A stretch of 64,000 nucleotides of DNA from Candidatus Cryptobacteroides sp. (GTDB taxonomy: Bacteria; Bacteroidota; Bacteroidia; Bacteroidales; UBA932), in contig JBGVQX010000014.1 of the NCBI GenBank assembly GCA_045127905.1, positions 1,683 through 65,682 of the forward strand. Reading direction: 5' to 3'. The position numbers and the translations under genes are program-made. Of the stretch, positions 56,418 to 64,000 are shown in pieces (within the stretch, counting starts at the first letter, position 1; every line of letters begins with the position of its first letter). A model generated the notes under the pieces. The model was not told where the DNA came from, made no database searches, and was given only the letters and a program-made list of their open reading frames with translations.

Positions 56418-58064
56418 ATGAAACGGACAATATACATAGCGGCATTGGCCGCACTTCTGACCTCATGTGTCAATGACCTCGATACCCTGCCTCTGAATAA
56501 GACCGAACCCGTGTCGGAATACGTCTACGGCAATTCCGAGGATGCCTATCTCTCAGGCCTGGCCCGCCTCTACTTCCAGTTCGTTACCAACGACCTGACT
56601 GACCTGCAGCCTATGGATGGCGGTGCTTCCGAACTGATTCGTGCCTTCTGGTCCGTCCAGGAAACCACGACCGACGAGGCCAAATGCTCATGGGAAAATG
56701 ATGCATGGGTGCGGGCCCTGAATACAAATACATGGAGCGAAGTACAGAACGATGCCGTATATGCGGTCTATGTGCGTACGCTTCAGGGAGTTGCCCTGGT
56801 GAATGAGTATCTTCGTCAGACTGCTCCGGACCGTCTTTCCGACAGGGGAGTGACACAGGAACTGGCGGAGAAGATCAACGGTTTCCGTGCTGAAGCCAGA
56901 TTCATCCGCGCATACCTCTACTGGATGGCCCTGGACTGCTTCGGCAGTGTGCCTTTCACTACCGAAAAATCTCCTTTCGGTGGCGCATATTTTCCCGCCC
57001 AGGCCTCCCGCGAGTACATCTTCAACTACTGCATCGACGAGCTCGATGCCCTGCTTGCTCCAGACAGCGACATGCCTGCTGCACGCTCGCTCTATCCACG
57101 TGCCGACAGGGGTGCAGTGGCAGGCCTGCTGGCACGTATGTACTTGAATGCTAAGGTGTATGTCGGGGTGGATATGTCATCTGAGGCCAAGGCTGCATGT
57201 GAGGAAATCTTCACTATGGGATATGCCCTCTGCCCTTCATACGCAGACCTTTTCAGAGGAGATAACGGCAATAATTCCGCTTCTGTCGGAGAGTTGCTGT
57301 GGGCCATCGACTATGATGCCAATAACACCAACTCATACGGAGGTACTACGTACATCTTAAGTGCCTCCTTAGCTTCCACAGATATTACAGATCAGTCCCG
57401 TCCTAACGGTCAGGTGAACGGATGGGCCGGTCTGAGAGTGCCATATGAGTTTGTCTCAAAGTACTATGGAGTGTCGGGCCAGAATTATGAAACCGGAACT
57501 TATGTGACTTCCGACAAGAGGGGAGAACTGTTCTACATAAAGGGACGTTCAGAGTCTATGGACGGAGCTTTGTATAACTTTATGAACGGATGGTCCTGCT
57601 TGAAATTCAATAATATACCTTCGGGCCAGACCAATGAGTCATACCTCCCGGTTTCGGCCCAGATGGGCTACTCCAATGTGGACTTTCCGATGATCCGGCT
57701 GGCGGAAATCTACCTGATATATGCCGAAGCTTGCATGAATCTCGGGGCTCCCGAAGAGGCGCTTCCGTATATGCAGGCTCTGGCAGCCCGCGCCGGACTT
57801 GCCGCTACAGCTTGGGCCTTATCTCCGTCAGATATCACTCCTGGATTCATTGAGGCCGAGCGTGCCCGCGAACTCCTGTGGGAGGCCCACCGCCGCACCG
57901 ACCTGATACGTCTGGGCCTTTACAACACGGCTGATTTCCTATGGCCGTACAAGGGAGGTTACAGCTACGCCGGCACATCGTTCCCTTCCTACAAATGCAT
58001 ATTTCCGATTCCTCCGACTGAGCTAGCCACTAACAAGGCCCTCGTTCAGAATCCGGGGTACTGA
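56418..58064 (+). CDS. susD: SusD-like lipoprotein 2 (paralog of SusD1)
   Basis: Lipobox LTSC; NDAVYAVYVRxLQG shared with SusD1; QNPGY. Confidence 0.96.
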   Translation: MKRTIYIAALAALLTSCVNDLDTLPLNKTEPVSEYVYGNSEDAYLSGLARLYFQFVTNDLTDLQPMDGGASELIRAFWSVQETTTDEAKCSWENDAWVRALNTNTWSEVQNDAVYAVYVRTLQGVALVNEYLRQTAPDRLSDRGVTQELAEKINGFRAEARFIRAYLYWMALDCFGSVPFTTEKSPFGGAYFPAQASREYIFNYCIDELDALLAPDSDMPAARSLYPRADRGAVAGLLARMYLNAKVYVGVDMSSEAKAACEEIFTMGYALCPSYADLFRGDNGNNSASVGELLWAIDYDANNTNSYGGTTYILSASLASTDITDQSRPNGQVNGWAGLRVPYEFVSKYYGVSGQNYETGTYVTSDKRGELFYIKGRSESMDGALYNFMNGWSCLKFNNIPSGQTNESYLPVSAQMGYSNVDFPMIRLAEIYLIYAEACMNLGAPEEALPYMQALAARAGLAATAWALSPSDITPGFIEAERARELLWEAHRRTDLIRLGLYNTADFLWPYKGGYSYAGTSFPSYKCIFPIPPTELATNKALVQNPGY

Positions 58065-58076
58065 TATGAACTTTGT

Positions 58077-58187
58077 CCGCGACGCAAGGTTCTGATTTGA
58101 TTTCCTTGCGTCGCGGTGCTTATTGTGCAATATTTGCCGGTTTTTCTTTCGCGACGCAAGATTTGTGGCTGATTTCCTTGCGTCGCG
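58077..58187. repeat. REP-like hairpin doublet (72-bp period)
   Basis: CCGCGACGCAAGG-14nt-CCTTGCGTCGCGG (58077-58116) and CGCGACGCAAG-16nt-CTTGCGTCGCG (58150-58187). Confidence 0.88.
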
Positions 58188-58254
58188 GCACAAGCTGTGG
58201 TAGTGTGGGTAACGGTGCTGAGTATAACGCCCCCCCAGACTAAATTTAATTCTT

Positions 58255-58284
58255 GTTCGTCACTAAATTCCGCCCGTTCATCAC
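58255..58284 (+). promoter_or_regulatory. Putative LytTR binding site upstream of pullulanase
   Basis: GTTCGTCAC (58255-58263) and GTTCATCAC (58276-58284): 9-bp repeat with a 12-bp spacer; same core as 38139-38171. Confidence 0.6.
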
Positions 58285-58361
58285 ATCATTCCTGCATTTT
58301 GTCCTTATATATATAAATATATAAGAAACTTTCGTTATTTTCGTAAGATTTGTAATTATAC

Positions 58362-60338
58362 ATGAACGAAAGTATGAAATTTATGATATCAATGAGGAAT
58401 TTTCTGATGGGAACAATGGCTGCGGCCTTGATGGTCTCTTGCGCTTCAGATGGAGCGCTCAACGTTCCGAAGACAACGTACGAGGAATGTGTGTATTTGG
58501 GTGAGAAGACTGAATTTGCCGTGTGGGCTCCGACTGCTGAGGCAGCACAGCTCAGACTTTACCGTTCGGCTTCCGACGAGTCTGCATTCCAGATTGTGAA
58601 CATGAAGCTTTCAAAGAAGGATGGTCTTTGGAAGGCTACCGTGAAGGAAGACATTAAGGGTGTGTTCTACACCTTCCAGGTCCAGCAGAACGGCCAGTGG
58701 CTCCCTGAAACAGCTGGCATTTCTGCCAAGGCTGTGGGTGTGAACGGATGGCGTGGCGCCGTGGTCGACTGGACCGAGACAAATCCAGAGGGATGGGCAG
58801 AGGATAAGAGTCCTGAGATCAAGCCGTCTGACATCATCGTCTATGAGATGCACCACAGGGATTTCTCGATTCATCAGACTTCGGGCGTAACCAACAAAGG
58901 CAAGTACCTCGCTCTTACCGAGGAGGGAACAAAGAACCCTGACGGCCTTGCGACAGGTATCGACCACCTCAAGGAGATAGGAGTGACATATGTCCAGCTC
59001 CTTCCGTCGACTGACTTTATCACAGTTGACGAGACCAATCTTGATACCCCTCAATACAACTGGGGATATGATCCTTTCAACTACAATGCTGTAGAGGGCT
59101 CATACTCTACCGATCCATACAATCCTGTAACCCGTATTAAGGAGTTCAAGCAGATGATCCAGGCTCTTCATAAGGCTGGCTTCCGCGTGATCCTCGACGT
59201 GGTATACAACCACACTACAGATGCTTCAAAGACAGGTTTCGAGCGCACAATGCCGGGTTACTTCTACCGTATGCGTGAGGACGGAACATTCTTCGACGGC
59301 TCAGGCTGCGGCAATGAGACAGCTTCCGAGCAGGAAATGTTCCGCAAATATATGATCGAGTCGCTCGAGTGGTGGATGAAGGAATACCATATTGACGGCT
59401 TCCGTTTCGACCTCATGGCCATCCATGACATTGACACTATGAACGAAATCAGCCAGCGTCTGCATGCAATCAATCCTGACGTGGTCATCTACGGCGAGGG
59501 TTGGGCGGCACAGTCTCCGGCGCTTCCTGCCGAGCAGATCGCCCTCAAAGTCAACACGCATATGCTCGACAAGGTCGGAGCTTTCAGCGACAACATCCGT
59601 GACGCGGTACGCGGCCCTCTCGGCTGCGAAAATGCCGGTTTCATGGACGGGGTCGCAGGCAACAAGGAAAATATCGAATTCGGAATCGCCGGTGGTGTGG
59701 AGCATCCACAGGTGAGCGTGGAGCGCTGGACCAACAATCCTCTTCAGCATGTGAGCTACGTGAGCTGTCACGATGACCACTGCCTGCGCGACCGTCTCGA
59801 GGAGGCTACAAAGGCATCGGAGAAAGAGCGCTTGGCCATGGTGAAGCTTGCCCAGACGGCAGTGTACACATCACAGGGTATTCCGTTCATCTTCACTGGT
59901 GAGGAACTTTACCGCCACAAGCAGGGCGTGAAGAACAGCTACTGCAGTCCGGACTCAATCAACGCAATCGACTGGACCTACAAGACAAAGTATAAGGACC
60001 TTGTGGATTACTATGCAGAACTCGCTGCTATCCGCCATGCACACCCGGGTTTCTGTCTCGGAGATGCAGCCCTCGTGCGTGAGAAACTCGAGTTCATAGA
60101 GGTGGATGACCCATGCGTGGTCGCATTCCGCATCAACGGCCTTGAGGGCATCGACAGCGCCAAGTCGCTCACCGTGCTCCTCAATGGCTCAAAGAAGCCG
60201 GTTGCAGTAAACATCCCTGAGGGTCAGTATGTTGTGCTCGCTCAGAACGGTCAGGCAGATGCAGACGGCCTGAGTGCATACACTGGCAACGCTATCATTG
60301 CCGGATCCACCTCAGCAACTATTCTTGCTGAAATGTAA
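58362..60338 (+). CDS. pulA: Type I pullulanase (GH13) lipoprotein
   Basis: YNWGYDP, DVVYNH, GSGCGNE, GFRFDLM, GEGW, CHDD; start may be 58374-58392. Confidence 0.95.
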   Translation: MNESMKFMISMRNFLMGTMAAALMVSCASDGALNVPKTTYEECVYLGEKTEFAVWAPTAEAAQLRLYRSASDESAFQIVNMKLSKKDGLWKATVKEDIKGVFYTFQVQQNGQWLPETAGISAKAVGVNGWRGAVVDWTETNPEGWAEDKSPEIKPSDIIVYEMHHRDFSIHQTSGVTNKGKYLALTEEGTKNPDGLATGIDHLKEIGVTYVQLLPSTDFITVDETNLDTPQYNWGYDPFNYNAVEGSYSTDPYNPVTRIKEFKQMIQALHKAGFRVILDVVYNHTTDASKTGFERTMPGYFYRMREDGTFFDGSGCGNETASEQEMFRKYMIESLEWWMKEYHIDGFRFDLMAIHDIDTMNEISQRLHAINPDVVIYGEGWAAQSPALPAEQIALKVNTHMLDKVGAFSDNIRDAVRGPLGCENAGFMDGVAGNKENIEFGIAGGVEHPQVSVERWTNNPLQHVSYVSCHDDHCLRDRLEEATKASEKERLAMVKLAQTAVYTSQGIPFIFTGEELYRHKQGVKNSYCSPDSINAIDWTYKTKYKDLVDYYAELAAIRHAHPGFCLGDAALVREKLEFIEVDDPCVVAFRINGLEGIDSAKSLTVLLNGSKKPVAVNIPEGQYVVLAQNGQADADGLSAYTGNAIIAGSTSATILAEM

Positions 60339-60344
60339 TATGCA

Positions 60345-60470
60345 GTCAGCGGAAACCCGCGTAGCGAAGCATATACCTAAGCTTTAGCGAAGTGGAGCGG
60401 GTTTCCGCTGACGTATGTGCGTAGCGAAGCATATCCTATGCTTCTGCGAAGCAGAGCGGGTTTCCGCTGA
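60345..60470. repeat. Palindromic intergenic element with partial tandem duplication
   Basis: 16-bp perfect IR GTCAGCGGAAACCCGC (60345-60360 / 60397-60412); ~52-bp direct repeat 60359-60411 / 60419-60470. Confidence 0.85.
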
Positions 60471-60505
60471 TGTATGGAAATGAAAACAAAACAAAACAAC
60501 AAAAT

Positions 60506-61729
60506 ATGAAGAAAGTACTTTTTACCATCTGCGCTGCCCTCATGGCATTCTCCTGTGCACAGAAGCCGCAGGCGCCACAGCAGCCTCTTGAAAACAGTGT
60601 AGTATACGAGATGAATGTACGTCAGTACACTCCGGAAGGCACATTTGCAGCGGCTCAGAAAGAGCTTCCGCGTCTTGCAGAGATGGGAGTGGACATCGTA
60701 TGGCTCATGCCTATCTACCCGATCGGTGTGGATGGCCGCAAGGGCCCTCTCGGCTCATATTACGCAGTGAAGAATTATTGCGACATCAACCCTGAGTTCG
60801 GAACTCTCGAGGACTTCGATAATTTCGTGGCTGAGGCTCATAAGCTCGGTCTGCGCGTCATCATCGACTGGGTGGCAAACCATACTTCTCCGGATGCGGT
60901 ATGGACAACAGAACGCGCCCCGGAGTGGTACGAACGTGATGCAGAGGGAAAGACTACTTTTACAGCCGACTGGTCAGACACCGCCAACCTCAATTATGAG
61001 AACAAGGACGTCTGGAAGGGAATGCAGGATGCACTCCGTTTCTGGATGCAGCGCGGCATCGACGGCTTCCGCTGCGACATGGCATGCGAGGTTCCGCTCG
61101 AATTCTGGCAGGAGACAATTGCCGGCCTCCGTGCAGACTATCCTCACATGTACTGGCTTGCAGAGGGTGAGGAGCCAAAGCTTCATACTCTCTCGGACTT
61201 TAACGCTTCATATTCATGGGAACTCCACCACATGATGAACGATATCGCGCAGGGTAAGAAGAACATCCCTGAGCTCCTCGAGTACATCGCAAAGGACGCG
61301 GAGAGACATCCCTCTGATGCATTCCGTCTGATGTTCACATCCAATCATGACGAGAACTCATGGGCAGGAACCGAGTTCGAGAGAATGGGCGATGCAGCAA
61401 AGGTAATGGCAGTCCTTACATTCACTCTTCCTAACGGTCAGCCTCTCATCTACACTGGTCAGGAAATGGGTTGGAACAAGAGATTCGAGTTCTTCCAGAA
61501 AGATCCTGTACCGGCATGGGAGAAGAACGAGTACTTCGATTTCTACAAGGAACTAATCAGCATCCGTCACGCCAACCCTGCACTCGCAGCAGGTGACAAG
61601 GGCGGCAAGTTCGAGGTCGTGTCGGCAGAGGACAGCGTCCTCGTGTTTACACGTACGCTCCCTGACAACAAAGTGACAGTAAAGGTTGAACTCAAGGCTC
61701 CATGGTCATACGAAATCAAAGCAGAATAA
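60506..61729 (+). CDS. GH13 alpha-amylase-family lipoprotein
   Basis: YEMNVRQ, GSYYAV, DWVANH, GFRCDMA, LAE, NHDEN. Confidence 0.93.
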   Translation: MKKVLFTICAALMAFSCAQKPQAPQQPLENSVVYEMNVRQYTPEGTFAAAQKELPRLAEMGVDIVWLMPIYPIGVDGRKGPLGSYYAVKNYCDINPEFGTLEDFDNFVAEAHKLGLRVIIDWVANHTSPDAVWTTERAPEWYERDAEGKTTFTADWSDTANLNYENKDVWKGMQDALRFWMQRGIDGFRCDMACEVPLEFWQETIAGLRADYPHMYWLAEGEEPKLHTLSDFNASYSWELHHMMNDIAQGKKNIPELLEYIAKDAERHPSDAFRLMFTSNHDENSWAGTEFERMGDAAKVMAVLTFTLPNGQPLIYTGQEMGWNKRFEFFQKDPVPAWEKNEYFDFYKELISIRHANPALAAGDKGGKFEVVSAEDSVLVFTRTLPDNKVTVKVELKAPWSYEIKAE

Positions 61730-63657
61730 TGAAGAGAATCATCATAGCACTCGCAGCGGTGGCCCTCGCAGCATGCTCGGGTCCCGCATTCGACCCTGCC
61801 TCAGTAGCGGACGCGACATCTGAGCAGGTAACCCGCGTAGAGCCTCTCTCATGGTGGGTAGGGATGAAGACAGACCTTCAGCTCATGATTCATGGTGCCG
61901 GCATTTCAGAGTATGACGTCACAATCGAAGGCGGCAAGGGAGTATATGTGGAGAAGATCAACAAGGCTGAAAGTTCAAACTACCTCTTCGTAGACGTGAA
62001 TGTGGCAGCCAATGCGCAGCCAGGCACATACTACATCGTCTTCTCGAAGGACGGCCAGTCATTCAAGTATCCATACGAGATAGCGGCACGCGAAGAAGGA
62101 TCTGCAGAGCGCAAGAGCTTCACCACAGCGGACATGATCTACCTCATCATGCCTGACCGCTTTGCCAACGGCGACGCTTCGAACGACTCTACAGACGACA
62201 CGACAGAGGACGGCAACCGTGCAAACCCTCATGGCCGTCACGGAGGTGATATCCAGGGAGTTATCGACCATCTTGACTACATCAGCGAGCTCGGTGCGAC
62301 ATACATCTGGACAACTCCGTTCCTGGAGGACAATGATCCGAAGGGTTCGTATCACGGATATGCTGCGTCAGACTACTATCATATCGACTCTCGTTTCGGC
62401 TCGAACGAACTTTACAAGGAGCTTGTGGAGAAGGCTCGCGAGAAGGGGCTCGGCATCATCATGGACATCGTTCCCAACCATTGCAGCTATATGCACTGGT
62501 GGATGAACGACCTTCCTTTCCAGGACTGGGTGCATCAGTTCGACACCTACACCGGCACCAATGTGGCCTTCTCTACCAACATGGATCCTAACGCTTCGTC
62601 GAAGGACCTCTATATCCAGGAAAGCGGCTGGTTCGTGCCTACAATGGTGGATATGAACCTTGACAACCCATACGTGCTTCAGTATTTCATCCAGTGGGGA
62701 ATATGGTGGATAGAGTACTCCGGACTCAACGGATTCCGTGTGGACACATATCCATATAATGAGAAAGGTCCTGCGTCAGAGTGGTGCAAGGCCGTCATGA
62801 ACGAGTATCCGGACTTCAACATCGTGGGCGAGTGCTGGACATCTTCAATCCCTCAGCTCGCTTACTGGCAGGGCGGCAACGCCAACAAGGACGGCTTCGA
62901 CTCGCACCTTCCTTCGATCATGGACTTCCCGCTCCACGACGCACTGCGTGATGCTCTTGACGAGGATTACGGCGGCTGGGGCGCAGGCATGAGCAAGGTA
63001 TACGACATTCTTTCACATGACTTCGTATATCATGACCTCTCGAAGATGCTTATCTTCCCGGGCAACCACGACACAGCGCGCATCGGCGACTGCGTACGCA
63101 AGGATCCGCGTGCCCTCAAGCTTGCCATGACCATGATGGCGACCATGCGTGGTATTCCTCAGATCTTTGCTGGTGACGAGCTTATGTTTGTGTCCGCCAC
63201 TCCGCACAATATCGGTGACCACCCAGGTCTCCGTGTAGACTTCCCAGGCGGATGGGAGGGTGACCAGATCAACCTCTTCACAGACGAAGGCCGTCAGGCT
63301 CAGACACATAACACAGATGGTCTCAAGGTAGACAAAGGACAGGCAGCTGACCTCTTCAACTATGTGAGCCGCCTCTTCCAGTGGAGAAAGACTGCTGATG
63401 TCATCCACAACGGCAAGACAGTTCACTTTATGACACGCGACAATACGTACGCTTACTTCCGCTATAACGACGAGTCGGTTGTATTTGTCTACATCAACAA
63501 TAACCTCACTCCAGTAAATGTCCCTTGGTCATACTATTCTGAGATCTCGGAGGGACTTACAGGAGGAATGGATGTGCTTACGGGCGAGCCTTTTGAGGTC
63601 TCGGACGCTACCGTCGTAGCCCCTAAGACAGCATTGGTAATTGAATACAAAAAATAA
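61729..63657 (+). CDS. SusA-like neopullulanase/cyclomaltodextrinase (GH13)
   Basis: RVEPLSWWVGM, PDRFANG, RHGGD, YHGY, GFRVDTY, GEC, NHD. Confidence 0.93.
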   Translation: MKRIIIALAAVALAACSGPAFDPASVADATSEQVTRVEPLSWWVGMKTDLQLMIHGAGISEYDVTIEGGKGVYVEKINKAESSNYLFVDVNVAANAQPGTYYIVFSKDGQSFKYPYEIAAREEGSAERKSFTTADMIYLIMPDRFANGDASNDSTDDTTEDGNRANPHGRHGGDIQGVIDHLDYISELGATYIWTTPFLEDNDPKGSYHGYAASDYYHIDSRFGSNELYKELVEKAREKGLGIIMDIVPNHCSYMHWWMNDLPFQDWVHQFDTYTGTNVAFSTNMDPNASSKDLYIQESGWFVPTMVDMNLDNPYVLQYFIQWGIWWIEYSGLNGFRVDTYPYNEKGPASEWCKAVMNEYPDFNIVGECWTSSIPQLAYWQGGNANKDGFDSHLPSIMDFPLHDALRDALDEDYGGWGAGMSKVYDILSHDFVYHDLSKMLIFPGNHDTARIGDCVRKDPRALKLAMTMMATMRGIPQIFAGDELMFVSATPHNIGDHPGLRVDFPGGWEGDQINLFTDEGRQAQTHNTDGLKVDKGQAADLFNYVSRLFQWRKTADVIHNGKTVHFMTRDNTYAYFRYNDESVVFVYINNNLTPVNVPWSYYSEISEGLTGGMDVLTGEPFEVSDATVVAPKTALVIEYKK

Positions 63658-63665
63658 CACTATAC

Positions 63666-64000
63666 ATGAAAAGAATCCTATCAGCAATCGCAGCAGCGGC
63701 CATAGTGTTCGCCTGCGCACCAAAACAGGGCCCGGTGACCGATGTGCAGACTATGAAGTCTCCTTCAGGAAACATGGAGATGACCTTTCAGCTCACAGCT
63801 GACGGTACGCCTCAGTATACTCTTAATTACGGTGACCAGAAGGTGATTCTGCCTTCTGACCTCGGATTCGAGCTCCGTGGTGTACTCAAGGCACAGAAAC
63901 TCATCTACAACGCTGACGGTACTATCTCCAAGGAAGACCGCAAGCCGGCATATTCATTCTACACAGGCTTCGCTCTCGAAAGCATCGACACTTCGTCTTT
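63666..64000 (+). CDS. GH97 (SusB-like) alpha-glucosidase, N-terminal part; runs off the window end
   Basis: Manual translation MKRILSAIAAAAIVFACAPK...KSPSGNMEMTFQLTADGTPQYTLNYGDQKVILPSDLGFEL matches the GH97 N-domain pattern; PUL context. Confidence 0.75.
   Translation, partial: MKRILSAIAAAAIVFACAPKQGPVTDVQTMKSPSGNMEMTFQLTADGTPQYTLNYGDQKVILPSDLGFELRGVLKAQKLIYNADGTISKEDRKPAYSFYTGFALESIDTSS

Overview
Chromosomal window from a Bacteroidota (probably Bacteroidales) genome, judged from TAnnTTTG promoters, SusC/SusD genes and gene order. 1-3.6 kb: nested mobile debris, with a RIT-type tyrosine-recombinase element inserted in an IS66 transposase, which is itself inserted in an Rpn/PD-(D/E)XK gene. 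6.2-33.4 kb: housekeeping genes (tsaB, cvpA, ileS, dksA-like, lspA, tRNA-Ser, radA, queH, ctpA-like, rdgB, recO, U32, rsgA, MATE, MFS) and a GH53-GH2-S8 cluster. 33.5-64 kb: a large starch/pullulan PUL (GH77, LytS/LytTR pair, maltose MFS, two paralogous susCD pairs, multi-module SusE-like protein, four GH13, GH97). Main discovery: one module occurs twice, 46 kb apart and in opposite orientation (3615-6173 and 50337-53198). It consists of a TAnnTTTG promoter, 17 nt, an identical 31-nt non-coding leader, a conserved ~70-aa unknown ORF (40/70 identical), an optional cargo gene and a divergent RAYT-like HUH (Y1) nuclease with a C-terminal helical extension. Each copy is bracketed by its own directly oriented hairpin repeats. 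Two orphan hairpin doublets elsewhere share the same ~14-nt AAATC-loop architecture. All counts and alignments were made by eye; no database searches were run.
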